64,000 bases of DNA from Octopus vulgaris (taxonomy: Eukaryota): assembly GCA_951406725.2 (NCBI GenBank), contig OX597839.1, forward strand, positions 17,236,001 to 17,300,000, written 5' to 3'. Shown here in pieces: positions 44,400-58,015 of the stretch. Position 1 is the first letter of the stretch, and the number at the start of each line of letters is the position of its first letter. The notes below the pieces were generated by a model. That model saw only the letters and a program-made list of their open reading frames with translations. It did not search any database and was not told the origin of the DNA. Position numbers and translations under genes: made by a program.

Positions 44400-44567
44400 G
44401 AGAAACCGGATTGTATTGACGCCAGTGCTAAACTAGTGTCTTATTTTACCAATCCCGAAAGGATGAAAGGCAAAGTCGAATTCTGCCGTATTTGAACTCA
44501 GAACATACAAAACCAGAAGATGTGAAGCATTTTCCGTGGCGGTGACGATTCTAGTAGCTCACCGCCT
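44400..44567 (-). mobile_element. SINE family B, degenerate
   Basis: CCCGAAAGGATGAAAGGCAAAGTCGA..ATTTGAACTCAGAAC..AGCTCACCGCCTT. Confidence 0.82.
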
Positions 44568-45097
44568 TCGTAACAATAAAAATATTGAATTTCTTACATT
44601 GGCATAATGGTACACTATTATTTAAGACATTGAATCGACTCCATTCGCCTATAACTTCTCTTCAAATGTATGTTCATATAAAATCTTTAGTGTAAAATAA
44701 ATGTTTTTTGTTGTTTAGCTTCAGCTCCATTCAGATGGGTACGAAGAATGTTTGTCAGAATCTTGCCAGCAGCTAATATTAGAGCAATACCTCTGTAGTT
44801 GCCACACATTATTCTGGTTCCTTTTCCTTTATAGAGGGAAAGAATAATTGCATCATTCCCGTCTTTAGTAGTATTTTCAATGCTGGACTAGCGAGTCTGA
44901 AGCTCTTTTCGCAACACAGCATCATATATCTTCTGGACATTCAGACGCCAAGGAATACCAACTGGCCCTCTTCTCTCTTTCACTCTAATCACCACCCGGA
45001 ACGTTCCTCGCACCAGACTGTGGTCTGTCCAGCATTCCGATCCGTGAAAGGACTTGACATTACAAATGTCATAGATGTCACGCTTGCAGATGATTAC

Positions 45098-45136
<39 letters not shown>

Positions 45137-45413
45137 GTACGTTTACGCCACTAGGAACAGAACGAAAGATGAGGCTGATTGTGATGCACTATTTCATTGA
45201 TCGTGCTTATAGAGTTTATATAGATGCAAATCATTACTGAGAGAACCAGAGAACATTGAAGTTGGCCTAAACTAAATGGAAGTATTATCGAAAAAATTAG
45301 AATCTCATGGTCTCTGCAAATATTATCGTTTAAGATTTCAAACTGGACTATGTCTCAAGCAGTGAGGACTAAATGCTTAAACATGTTTAGTTTTGTTCTC
45401 TATGTCCTGTATT

Positions 45414-46073
45414 CAGATCTTACATTGAGGTAGGTTTTGCATTTAATCACGATCGGAGGACATGCATAATATAAATAAACTATCGTTTATCAGGTTCACT
45501 GCAGAGGTATTCAATGTCCAAAACAAACCCAACGGTAATGCTGCTCCGTCAGTCAAGGGAGGTCACTCTCATAGGAGCTTAATTTCAATTTAACAATTGT
45601 TTAAAATTTCTCTATACATTTTCTGGTTAACCTCCAGTGTTTGACCCGAGCAAAAAACGGAAAAAAAGTGTAATAGGTGTAAAACAACATGTAGTGAACG
45701 AATATGGTGAAAAAATGCGCACTGACGAACAGAGGCCGGTTAGACGACACGGGAATTCACATCGGGAGTGTTCTGAGTCCTCTCACCACTTCCCCGTTCG
45801 TTGGTCGATGTTTTTCTTCGTATTCGTTTGTTACACATTATTTTACACCTAGTACACTATATGTTTTTCAATTTTTCCGTTTTAGAATATTTGTTAAATT
45901 GAAATTAGGCTCCTACGAGAGTGACCTCCCTTGACTGACGGGGCAGTATGACCGTTGGGTTTGTTTTGGGCATTGAATACCTCTGCAGTGAACCTGATAA
46001 ACGATAGTTTATTTATATTATACGTGTCCTCCGATCGTGATTAAATGCAAAACCTACCCCAGTGTAATATCTG
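45414..46073. repeat. nested long inverted repeat (foldback)
   Basis: 45414-45596 is the near-exact reverse complement of 45891-46073; an inner, more diverged inverted pair lies at ~45668-45750 and ~45777-45857. Confidence 0.92.
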
Positions 46074-46114
46074 TGCAGACTCGGATCGTTACACAATCCA
46101 GTAACTCGACTTCA

Positions 46115-46388
46115 ACACCCGGCCACCAATAAAAAGGAAAATGCAATAGGTGTAAAATGTTGTGTACTAAACGATTATGAAGAAACTGCCCACTGGCGAA
46201 CAGGGTGGGTGAGGACAGGACTGGGAAAATTCACACGATCAAGCTCACAGGATCCGAAAACTCAATGTTAACACCCGGTCACAAAATAAAAAAGGTGTAA
46301 TAGGTGTAAAACAACATGTAATAAACGAATATGAAAAAAATGCGAGCAGGCGAACGGGGGTGGGGTGAGACGACTCCGAAAATACACT
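46115..46388 (+). repeat. two tandem ~155-bp units related to the inner foldback arm
   Basis: ACACCCGG..AATAGGTGTAAAA..AAACGA.TATGAA..GGCGAAC.GGG..GGGTGAG at ~46116 and ~46272. Confidence 0.8.
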
Positions 46389-46799
46389 TGCCCGAGGTGC
46401 CATGCAGTGGGACTGAACCCAGAACCGTGTGGTTGGGAAGAATATCAATTTTCTTGAGGGAAAAAATTGGATCTTGTGAATTGTCCTGGGTCGCACCCCT
46501 GTTTGCCTCTAATAAATACGCCTGATGGAGTTTCATATCAGGACGCCTACACATGTTGGATTTCTCTGTTTTTGACAGAGATTTTTCCAAGGTGCACCAA
46601 AGATTTAAGCAAATATAATTCTATACTTTAGAAAATCCATACTAACTTGTGTTTTTTCATAATTTTGTCATGCATAAACAATATTCAGAAAACACTGAAA
46701 ACAATCAGTTGTTAAAAGTGTTGTTATTTACATTTTGAAAGGTAATGAGTATAAATGAGTGAACAGCTCTGCAGATTTCACAGATCTCAGAACATTGTA

Positions 46800-48088
46800 T
46801 TGAGTCATCCCATAAATAATGCGGTTTTTTATGTTTCTTTAATTTTTCAAAATTAAGATAAAGTTCTTTTTCAATATAAAATATACTTTCCTTCATTTTC
46901 TACAATGCTCTTCCATCTATCTGGTAGACTTGCAAGGCCCCTCTTCCAAAATTCACTTGTCTGTGATGAAAAATACTCCTCCTGTATTGTGCTGACCTTG
47001 TCTTACAGAATTCAAATTTTTTTTTCTGTTCAAATGATTTTGAAGACTGCAGAATAAATGATAATCAAATGGTGCACTGTCCGGTGAATATGATGGGTAG
47101 GGCATCGTTTCCCATTCAAACTGCTCCAGCCTTTGGAATGTCATCCTTGCTGTATGTGGCCGAGCATTATCCTGATGGAAGAACACCTTTCGTCTTGAAA
47201 CCAAAGATGGTCGTTTTTCTTCTAGTGCTGACCTAAACCACTCAAGCTGCTCACAATAGATCTCCTTTGTTATTGTTTAGTTTGGGTTTAAAAGTTCAAG
47301 GAAGACTAACCTTTCATATCCAACCAAACCAATAACAGCACATTACGTGGGTGAAGATCTTCTTTAGCCTGGGGTGTCAGTGTTTCTCCTTTCCTTACCC
47401 ACTTTCTTTGGTACTTTACATTTTTATGGAGAACTCATTTCTCTCACTTCTCTCACAAGTCACTATTCAGTCCAAAAAAGGTTCATTTGTGAGCTGTGGC
47501 AGCAAAGAAGAGCACACATTCACTTTCTCTGCACTATTAAACTTGGAAAGATTCTGGGGAACCCATTGACTCAATTTACTGACTTTTTCGATGACATGCA
47601 GGTGTCGATGAATGGTTGAATGACCAAATCCAAGTTTCTCTGCTAGTTCTTTAATAGTTACAATAGGATTTTATTCCACCAGGGTTTGCAGGACGTCCTT
47701 GTGGAGCTCTACAGATCTTCCAGGACAAGGTTCATCTTCTAGGCTGTAGTTTCAGGCTCGGAATTTCTGGAACCACCATTGACACTAGTTTATGCTTATT
47801 GTCTGATCCCATATACTGCATTAAAATTTCTTGCACTTTCTGTTGCGTTGTTGCCTTTATTGAGCTCATAAACCAAAATATGCCAAACATGCTCCTTTGT
47901 CACTTCCATTATAACTTTGAGAAAATATCTGTTAAAATCGAATTGCACTATTCAAAACCTTCACAAAGAACAAGACTAGGTAAAATTACTTACTGCTTTT
48001 ATAGCAAGTTGATGCAGGCTGTTTATCCCATCCCCCTCTGACTTTTAATTCATGCAGTTGTAAAAGACCACATTATGGAATAACCCAA
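46800..48088 (-). mobile_element. mariner (DD34D) transposon, full length and decayed; same family as 9921-11166
   Basis: TA-flanked TIRs TTGAGTCATCCCATAAATAATGCGG and CCACATTATGGAATAACCCAA; FHQDNARPHTAR..YPSYSPDSAPFDYHLFCSLQNHL. Confidence 0.94.
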
Positions 48089-49599
48089 TACATGAAATAA
48101 ACCAGGATGATGAAAATAAAGATTGAGTCTGTTGAGTTGGCCTTAGATTATTTCTACTTTAATTCTTAGAGAGGGAACAACAGTTTTGTATGTTTATTTT
48201 TTCTATCAAATTTCAAATATTAAAACAGTTTAACATTTTCCATGAATTATATTACCCAATTTACATTACATAATGTCATACATTGCCAATTTTTATTTTT
48301 TAAATTGCATAGTTCTAGTAAGCTCATTGGCCATTACCTAATGTGTTACCCTACTGGATTAGTCTTGCTATGCTTTGCCAAATTTCTTTCAGAGATCCTG
48401 GATGAACATAAGTTACATTACCTAATTTACATTATATGTGATACCTTACATACATTTTTTTAAAGATTGTAAAGTATAGTTTGAGTGGGAAAATCACAGC
48501 TATTTCTAGCAGGCTAATTTTTCTAAATTAGTCATGTTCACCTTTGCTAAATTTGTTTTGGAGGCCCTGGGTGGATGGGCTAGATGCAGTGCCATCTTAA
48601 AGCAAGGGTATACTGGGTAGTTGTCTGTATGTCTGTATGGGGTGGGTAGGTTGACAGTGCAAATAATTTATTTTAAACTTTTCTCATCAGTTACAATTTG
48701 ATCTCCAAAGTGTTTCAGTGTCAGAAAGATTGACCACCTGTGCAGAGGAAAAGCAGCAACTTAATACAAACGATTTCATTTTCTTCCTAAAAATGGGGTT
48801 TCTTGGTCCCATTCTTGTCAATAATCCTTGAAAAGAGGATTGTCCTATACACATTAAGTTGCTATTGTTGTTTAGTTTCAGTCCCACTCAAGTAGATCTA
48901 TGATAAAAATAATTCAAGACATCACCATCCAAATCTTAATGAGGCAAATTTTAGGGTGGGTTGTGTGTGTGTGTGGAATTTTAATCGAGTAATTTTCAAA
49001 TGGTGGGTGTAACTTCGAATTATATCATATAATTCATGCTTTCCTTCAAAGACAGCATGAAATGATCTGAAAGTGATTTTCTGCTGTTTTTTATCAGGTA
49101 GAATGAATGTGTAAAAATTCCCTTTTGATCCATGTAGTGCACCCTCATTTAGGAAGATTTAGAATGTTGCTGCCTGCAAATTCTGTACTGGTGTCATTAA
49201 AATCCAGTCTCACAGAATAGTATTTGATTGACTTATGACTAAGCCACAAGAAGATGCTTGGGTGTCAGATAAACCTCATTTTTGTGATCCACTGAAAGAG
49301 CCTCTACACAGCACTTAATCTAGAGTAGCAACCAATTTTCTCTCAAATCAGTTCTTACACTTTTTTAAAAACCAGAAAGGACACCTTAAAAAATTGTCCC
49401 AATGCAAAATATAAAAAAGGAATAAAAAAATTTATGGCTAGCTTGTAGTTAATCATAGATATACTTAATCAGGGCTGATCTGATGCTGAACAAGGACAAA
49501 CTAGTAAAAAAGCCTTCATGGTGATGTTTAATTTTCTAGAAACAGCATCCAAAACATATAGACATGTTAGTTTCAGATGTTCTAATGCTTCAGTATGGG

Positions 49600-50059
49600 C
49601 TGAAAGAATGCTGTCTACATCAATATATATACATAAATACACTATTCAGCTCTATGCAGTGGTACTCTGTTCTGCTGTTTGTGTAACTTTCAATACCAAA
49701 GTTTGGTACAAGGCCTTCCAGGATTTTCCAGATGTATATCACTGCATATCTTTCCCACTTTTGTTCTAGGGAGATGAGTTTTAATTCTTTCAGTCTTTCC
49801 CAATAGCTAGTACGTTGCATTGAGATGATTTTCTTTGTGTAGCTGTAAAATTTTATAGTGTGGTGACCACAGTTGGGAGCAGTAGACCAAGTGTCTGAGG
49901 ACCTATGCCCTCTAAAGGACTGTCCTTGTCTCCTTTTCTCTGGTATTGAAAGTTTGGAGGATCCATCCAGCTAGCCATCTGCCTTTTATTACCAAATTGG
50001 TAATATGCACTTTGAAAGATGCATCATTGGTCATGCACTGATTTTGATTCAGGGATTGC

Positions 50060-50060
<1 letters not shown>
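49600..50060 (-). pseudogene. CR1/L2-group LINE RT C-terminal relic
   Basis: SYWERLKELKLISLEQKWERYAVIYIWKILEGLVPN and upstream GWILQTF..HLVYCSQLWSPH are typical ORF2 C-terminal motifs. Confidence 0.8.
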
Positions 50061-50101
<41 letters not shown>

Positions 50102-50233
50102 TGTGGTATATATAATAACATATATATAATGTATATATATATATATATATACATATATGTGGTATATATAATTACATATTTATAATGTATATATATATAT
50201 ACACATGGTATATATAATTACATATATAATGTG

Positions 50234-50281
<48 letters not shown>

Positions 50282-50300
50282 TGGTATATATAATTACATA
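50060..50300. repeat. AT-rich minisatellite (TGGTATATATAATTACATATATAATGT-(TA)n), about 4 units
   Basis: Unit seen at ~50104, 50160, 50206 and 50282. Confidence 0.8.
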
Positions 50301-52492
50301 TTAATTCAGTCCTGTGGTAACAGATGTCAGGAGGTCATTGATAGTTAAGAGATGTTCACAAAATATTAATAGTAAGGGGTTTTTTTTGTTCTTGTTCGAT
50401 TTTTCATTGTTTTTCTAAGTGACCCTTAACTTTTGGCCTATATATATATATATATATTTGCATGATATATATAATTACATATATATTGTGTGTGCGTATA
50501 TATCACACACATACATACACATTTCTATTTACATATATATATAGGCAATAACTAGGCTATTGAGTGACTTATTTGGGTCCCCATGCCAATATCAATGAGT
50601 TTCCCATCATATATAATCTCAATGATGAGGTGATTTTGGCTAGAATGTCTTCAATCACGTAAGTCTATTCAATCTGGAATGACCTAGGGCTAAACCACTG
50701 TACCAATAACTCACCACCTCCACCATTGGCCATCGTCATCTCTCTCACACTCTCTCTCTCTTTTACTGTGTTTTCCTATGAAACTTGTGACCTTGTTGCT
50801 AAGAAGAAAAAAAATCATTACTAAAAGAAGAAAAAAAAAAAGATTTGTGGTGTTGATGCTATTTTTATCTGTTTCGGTGGCAGAGTGGTTGGGAGGTACT
50901 AAAACGATATCAGCAGTGTGTTGTGGTAGTCAATGACAACAAGATATAGTGAACACCAACCAACTAGCTAGCCAACCAACCAACTTTATTGGTCTCCTCA
51001 CTAGTGCAACTACCTATCTATGTTATCTATGTGTTAGTTCTGTCTGTATGTGTATGTTTGTCCATGGTTGTTTGTGTATTTTTGTATGCGTTTATACCTT
51101 TCTTTAAAGATCAGAGTTTGTATATATATGAGAGTTTGTGTATATTCTTTTATTCATTTATTCTTTTACTTGTTTCAGTCATTTGAATGTGGCCATGCTG
51201 GAGCGCCGCCCTTTTGATCTGTCATTATTATGTCGTACTATATTTGTGTCTGTGCTTTTGTATGTGTTTGTGCCGTCTTTTAAAGATCAGGATTTGTATA
51301 CATAAGTTTGTGCACATGTCTGTGTCTATATGCTGTACTATGCATGTGTTTTTGTTTCCTTTTAAAGATCAGGTTTGGTGTATGTGCGTTTATGAATATA
51401 TCTGTCAGTGTTTATGTGTGTTTCTTTAAATTTCTTGTAGGTATATGATGTATGTATGTAGTATGTATATATATAAGATGTATGCATGCATGTATGAGTA
51501 TAAGAAAGTATGTATATGTGGGCATGTGTTTGTGTGTTTCTGTCTCTAATGATTTGGTAACAGTACGCATGGAAGCGTGTGTCTATATATGCATGTGTCT
51601 TTCCTTAAAGCTACTATGGATGTGTATGTGTGTATATATGTGTAAGTTTTAAATATGTTCACACTATGTATGCAAGCAAAGATGCATATGTATATGTCTT
51701 TGTGTATGTATGCACATGTCTGTTTTTATGTATTTATGTGCATATGCATGTCTTTTATATGTATGTGTGTGTGTCTTTGCATATGTATGTGTGTGTGTGT
51801 GACTTTTCATATGTATGTGCACTTGTGTCTTCATGTCTGTGTATATATGTGCATGTGTATAAGTGTGTATAAGTGTGTATAAGTCTGTCTTTTAAAGATC
51901 TGGAAGTTGTGACCTCTTTATTATTATATTTTCTTCTATGATAATTTGACCTACTTTTCTGGCATAAAATATCTTTCTTTAATTCTCCTTCCTCACTCAT
52001 TGATGCACGTATGTGCAAATGTTGTATGCATGCGTGTAGGTGTGTCTGCGTAGATGTATAACTGTATAAGGTGTGTCAGCTGAGGTGTGTTTGTGTGTGC
52101 ATATAAGTGTGTTGAGAAATACATTTATGTCGAAATGAAATTAACAAAAAATTCCAAAAACATTATTTATCACATTTACAAACTCTCCCATGAGCTAAAA
52201 AGTGAATGACCCTCTCAAAATGCTAGAAGTAGCTGCTAAATTTTCCTCAAATCACATCCAACATTCTCAAAAAAAGATCAAGAAGCTCGCTTTGCTTCGA
52301 CATGATTTCAGGTTCAGTTCTTCTGCGTAGCTTCTTTGACAAGTATCTTCCTCTATAACCCTGGGCTGAACAATGTCTTGTAAGTGAATTTAGTAAATGG
52401 AAACTGAAGCCTATTTCAATGTGTATATTTTATATACACACTCACACTCACACACACACATATATATATACACACACATACATACATACATA

Positions 52493-53037
52493 TCTTTTAT
52501 CTTTTACTTGTCTCAGTCATTAGACTGTGGCCATGTTGGAGCACTGTCTTGAAGAGTTTTTGGTTATAAGAATTGACCCCCAGTACTTTTTTTAAAGCCT
52601 GGTACTTATTCTATCGGTCACTTTTCCTGAACTGCTAAGTTATGGGGATGTAAACAAACCAACATCAGTTGTCAAGTGGTGGTGAAGGACAAACACAGAC
52701 ATGAAGATGCACACACACACAGACATACACATGTACACACACACACACGCACATATATATATAAATGTGAAACAATGTGGGAAAAAAAGAGTACTCAAAT
52801 ACCAGAGGTAGAGTAATGTTTTATTTAAAAGCAGTAGAAATATAACAAAAGCTGTTACTCAGAGTTTCACATTCCTGTTCAAGCTTATTTCAGTTTCCAT
52901 CTACCAAATTCATTCACAAGGCTGTAGTTGATCTAAGGCTATAGTATAAGGCACTTGCCCAAGGTCCCACACAGTGGTACTGAACCTGAACCCATTTGGT
53001 TAGGAAGCAAACTTCTTACCACTGAGCCACTCGCTGC
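52493..53037 (-). mobile_element. SINE family A, CpG-depleted, with a nested HHR-family fragment
   Basis: Colinear with the reverse complement of the 25090 copy; foreign insert at 52768-52880. Confidence 0.85.
52768..52880 (-). mobile_element. truncated copy of the 14719 HHR-bearing element
   Basis: TTTATTTAAAAGCAG.AGAAA..AACAAAA.CTGTTACTC.GAGTTTC is shared; minus strand retains ACA GGAA TGT-GAAACTCTGAGTA-ACAG but the CUGANGA box is cut off. Confidence 0.7.
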
Positions 53038-53200
53038 ATTTATGCATATTCTTACTACACAACCACACCTGCACCTATATATATATAACAGATTAGAGTA
53101 TTCTACTTTGCATGATGTATTGCTTGAGATATATATATATATATATATATTATGTATAAATATGTTTATAATGGTGAGTCTACAATACTATTTCTTCAAA

Positions 53201-53240
53201 TATTTCCTGAAGAAGGGAACCTAACAGAAATATTGAAATA
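53201..53240 (+). ncRNA. minimal type I hammerhead motif
   Basis: TATTTC-CTGAAGA-AGGGAACCTAACA-GAAA-TATT-GAAATA; perfect 6-bp stem I, palindromic AATATT stem III, weak stem II. Confidence 0.55.
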
Positions 53241-53624
53241 CTGGTTAAAAATACAAATCATCAACCTGTATTATTTTTTTAGAACTTGCTTTGTTTTAGC
53301 ATTATAAAAATTTTTTTTTATAATTAAAAACGTGTGTGTATGTTTGTCCCCTCAACAGCTTGATAACCAGTGTTGGCTGGTTTATGTCCCCATAACTTAG
53401 CAGTTGTGGCAAAAGAGACTGATAAAGTACAAAACTTTAAAAACATTGTACTCAGATCAATTTGTTCCAATTAAATCCTTGAAGTTGGTGTTCCAGCATG
53501 GCTGTAGTGCAATGACTGAATAAACAGTAATATTCTTTAATTTTGCCTGTTTTGCATATCAGACAATTAATAGGATTGTGGATGGGTGGAGTCCATTTGC
53601 ATAAATGAAAACCCTCCACTTTCT

Positions 53625-54020
53625 ATCAAAATCCATGGACAACGCCATCCATGGATAGGATGTAAAACTGAACCATCAATGGCTTGTAGGTTACTGTCAC
53701 ATTTCCCTTCAATTCAATCCGTGATCTCCTTGTATTCAGGTGTTGGCTTGCCATGACTCTCATAGAGTTCCCTTGATATTGTGCTGCTGGTATACAATCA
53801 TCCAGGATCTTGTATTTAGTATATGTTTTGATGTCAGTCCATAAATGTCTGACAGACTCTTGCTCTCTCTTCTCTCCACACTTCCTGTCAGGATGGTCTT
53901 TGGCAATGACTTTTGGCAAATTGCATGACCAAAATATGATAGCTGTGTGGACTTGATTCTTGATAAGTGTCTTTTGACTTTTAGATTTTCTGGTAATATA
54001 GTGTTTGTTACTCTGTCTTT
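53625..54020 (-). pseudogene. RTE-clade LINE 3' relic
   Basis: RHLSRIKSTQLSYFGHAI..SLPKTILTGSVE resembles the RTE C-terminal LxYFGH..KxILxGxVEG motif. Confidence 0.7.
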
Positions 54021-54805
54021 GCAGCAGAGGGCCAATGGACTTAAAAACATAACAGTGGGTGGTCTAACATACCATAAGACAGGGTAAGTCAAAACATAGA
54101 AAGCAACTTCATTGTGAAAGGGATTAGAGGCCCCATCAACAATTGTCCCTAAGAAATGCCATTGATGATCCAAATAGAAACAACATTATGTGGTCTAGAA
54201 TGTACAATGTAGGAAAAATATGAGATTATTAAAAAAAAGAAAACAGACAGTAGACATGGCTTGAATACTTTTGATGATAGGTCTGTCCAATCACAACTGC
54301 CCCTCCAGAAAAACACTAACAACAACAGAAATGAGCCATGTGCTTAATTTTACATAACAAATCAATATTCATTGTTTTATTTAAATTTATCCTGTGTTTT
54401 TATCTATTTTTATTTATTTATTTTTTTTTTGCATATATATCACCACCAGAATTGGGTATAAAATTATTCAGAGATGTTTATTAAAAAAAGAGAGAAAAAT
54501 ACACAAAGATATAAACAAAAATGTAATGTCTAATTTTCTTTCCAGCATAAATACATATATGTATATATATGTATTGTGCATATACACACATATTTGTGAA
54601 TGTGTTTGTGTATGCATGTGTATATGTGTGTTTATATATATATAAGTTTGTATTTATAATTGCATGACTATACATGTAAATATACATATCTGTATGTATG
54701 TATAAAGTTATATATATGTATATATATATAATCACTTAATGCCCATTATCTATATAATAAATGCATTCATGTGTGCGTGAGTATATATATGTATATATAT
54801 GTATA

Positions 54806-54863
<58 letters not shown>

Positions 54864-55318
54864 GTAGAGACAGACAGATAGTTTTAATCTGAATGTCAGT
54901 AGAAATAGTTTAATCTGAATGTCATGTAAATATTTTTTCCTACCTCTTTTGCACTCATGTGCTTGCATGCAAGTATATATGTATGTGTGTGTGTGTGTGT
55001 GTTCGCACGTGCGCATGCACACACACATTCACACATAAACACACACACACACATTCACACATAAACACACACATACACACACACATATATGTATATATAT
55101 GAATATCATGTACTGAATTGAACTGGGAGTGGGAGTTATCCCCAAAGCTCTGTACCTCAGCATACAAGCAAACAAGCAAAACACATAGGATTGGAGGAGA
55201 ATTGTCTCACCTCTTTATGACTTTCAGGTTTTTTAAATACCCAGTACTACGAGGGAGTTGTGTCCCTAAAGCACTGTACCACCGAGTACTGGTGGACAAG
55301 CAAAACACATGCATTGAG

Positions 55319-55598
55319 CAGTGGTGTAGCTAAAGTGTGTGCTGCCTGGGGTGGCCCTTCAGTTTGTCAGCTCTGCCCCCCCTCCCCTAACAAAACATAC
55401 ATATTGCACAGGGACTACATCAATTTTTACATTTAATGGTGAGTAGTGTCTGTGTCCCAACATTAAAACCACTATTATTTGATTTTAATACATCTTATAC
55501 AGGCTTATATTCTACACCAAACCCAAAGTGGTGCCACACCCATAAAAGTGTGACCCGGGGCTGACTGCCCCTTTGCCACCCCTCGAGCTCTGCTAGTG
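55319..55598 (+). mobile_element. hAT-like MITE with degenerate 8-bp TSD
   Basis: CAGTGGTGTAGCT...AGCTCTGCTAGTG; flanks GCATTGAG and ACATTGAA. Confidence 0.72.
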
Positions 55599-55656
55599 AC
55601 ATTGAATATTTGCAATCAAGTTTACAACACTTGTACTGCTTTTAATTCATAATTGG

Positions 55657-55697
<41 letters not shown>

Positions 55698-55923
55698 CAT
55701 GCTCACACATGTGTGTATTGCTGTAATCTAGTTTGTTATAAAGTTGCATTCCTTTATGTCAAAACTCTTAATCAGTCAATAAAAATACAGTGATATAGTA
55801 AATATTAAACTTAAAAAATGTACTGGGGTTGGCATGATTGACTGAAACACTGAAATGTGGCTCTCCAACTGAGTAAAAGAATCCAAGAAGATTAGGCTAA
55901 TGTTACTGAAGGATTATGAAACT

Positions 55924-56262
55924 GGTGCAGGTATGGCTATATGGTTAAGAAGCTCACTTTGCAACCATGTGATTCCAGGTTCTTTTCCACTGTGTGACAA
56001 CTTGGGTGTCTGCTACTATAGTCCTGGGCAGATCAATGCCTTGTGAGTGAATTTGGTTGATATAGACTGCATGGCAGCCTGTCTTATATGATAACTAGCG
56101 TTTGTTTACATTCCTGTAACTTAGTGATTTGGCAAACGAGACCAATAGAATAAGTACCAGACTCAAAAAGGAAAATAAAAGTACTTGGGTCAATTTGTTC
56201 AACTAAACTTCTTCAAGGCAATGTCCCAGCATGGCCACAGTCCAATGACTAAAACAAATAAA
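55924..56262 (+). mobile_element. SINE family A, CpG-depleted (further decayed pieces at 52283, 53340, 60410, 61440, 62610)
   Basis: GGTGCAGGTATGGCTATATGGTTAAGAAGCTC..CCAGCATGGCCACAGTCCAATGACT. Confidence 0.82.
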
Positions 56263-57786
56263 AGTAGATTAAAGGAAAAGGATACCAAGAAGACAATATA
56301 AAAGCTGAACAAAGAAAAGTAAGAATGGTACAGAAAGGAATAAAGGATAACACAGAGAAAGTTGTCCACCAGTAGACCTATGATCAGAAAATGTTCATCC
56401 ATCTTATATTATTCAATGTAGTGAAGAAAGCATCTTCAAATATCTTAGTTATTTTTATAGACTTTCAAGAAGGATTTGAGGGAAAATTTAGTTGCTATTT
56501 CTAACTGATTGAGCAACTAGAAAATTGACTGGTAAAGTTGGAAGTTGATTTAACTAAAAACCTCTAACCCATAATACTATACTGATACAAAAAGATTCCA
56601 CCAGCAGATGTGTGATCAAAAATGTGTGAATCACACCCATCTTTTATTCAGACAGCATATTCTGGTCACAAAAGGGTTAAAATGATTGAATCTTCCATCA
56701 AAATATCATGTTAAATTGTGTTCCAAACCCCAACTTGATAATGAAAAGGTTATTTTACTAAATTTTTCATTATATTTAAAATTAATTGAAACTAAGGCAA
56801 TGTATTTCAACAGAAATATAGTAACTAAAGGGTTGAAGTGATTCAAATTAAAACATTCCTTCAAAGTTTCATGTTAATTTGTTTTAAACACTGGTTTAAT
56901 AATGACAAAGTTGTTGTTGTCATAAGAAATTATAAACTTTCAAGAGAACATGAAATAATTTTTCTGGAATAGTTGATCTCAAAGCTCACAAAGCTATAAA
57001 TAATAGTATGTAAATATTAGGTTGGAAAACATTTTTTGGATAGAAAAATTTGAAGGCAACATATTTTAAGAGAAATATGACGGCTATCCAATGTGTTCTG
57101 CTTATTTTCATAGATGTTCAAGGATTATTCAAGGGAGATTTAGATTTTGTTGTTATTTCTAGCTAATTGAGCAACCACATCATTGTTCCTTATCAACTGG
57201 TAAAGTTGGGATTTGCTTTAACTAAGAGAAGAAATCTATCCCATAATGCCATTCAGTGCTGACATCTTAAAATATGTTTTAAATCAACAGCAAAACTAGT
57301 TCACTCATTTTAAGGTTTCATTTTACCTAACCAAAGTAATTTGTCGTCTGGCCTGATATATTTTTATTTATGTTTTTTGTATTTATCTTAGTTTTGGTTC
57401 AGTTTATGCTTTTTTTTTCCATTTAAATTTCTAAGAATTCTTCCTTCATTCTTCCTTGTTTATTCTCTTCTTTCTCTTTATTTCTTCTTTACTTTCTCTT
57501 TCATTACATTTTTTTCTACATTTTTCTTTCTCCCTTTTTTTTATCTTTCATCCTTCTCACTATCTTTTTCTTCTCTCTTTTGCTATTTTCTGTCTTTATT
57601 CTCTTCTTCCCCTCTAAATTTAGGAGCCCTCAGTTCTGTGGACTGACAACAGAAACGCATGAACACCACCAGACTAAATGTTTACTTATATCCCTTCTAA
57701 TTCAAACTCTTGCTTCATTCAATAAACTTACCAAACCAGGCAGGCATACTGTAAAGCTGTTTCAGTTGACTATATAAACTGTCCTA

Positions 57787-58015
57787 GGCGGCGAGCTGGC
57801 AGGATCGTTAGCATGCCGGGCGAAATGCATAGCTGTATTTTGTCTGCCGTTACGTTTTGAGTTCAAATTCCACCGAGGTCGACTTTACCTTTCATCCTTT
57901 CGGGGTCGATAAATTAAGTACCAGTTACGCACTGGGATCGATGTAATCGATTTAATCCCTTTCTCTGTCCTTGTTTGTCCCCTCTATGTTTAGCCCCTTG
58001 TGGGGAATAAAGAAA
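57787..58015 (+). mobile_element. SINE family B, young and full length, with 15-bp TSD
   Basis: GGCGGCGAGCTGGCAG head to AATAAAGAAA tail; TATATAAACTGTCCT (57771-57785) versus TATATTAACTGTCCT (58018-58032). Confidence 0.93.

Noticed and set aside
45722-45760. CTGACGA as a hammerhead core; also CTGAAGA at ~17396, 22289, 30785 and 62343
   Set aside because: No properly placed stem II plus GAAA and no closing stem I.
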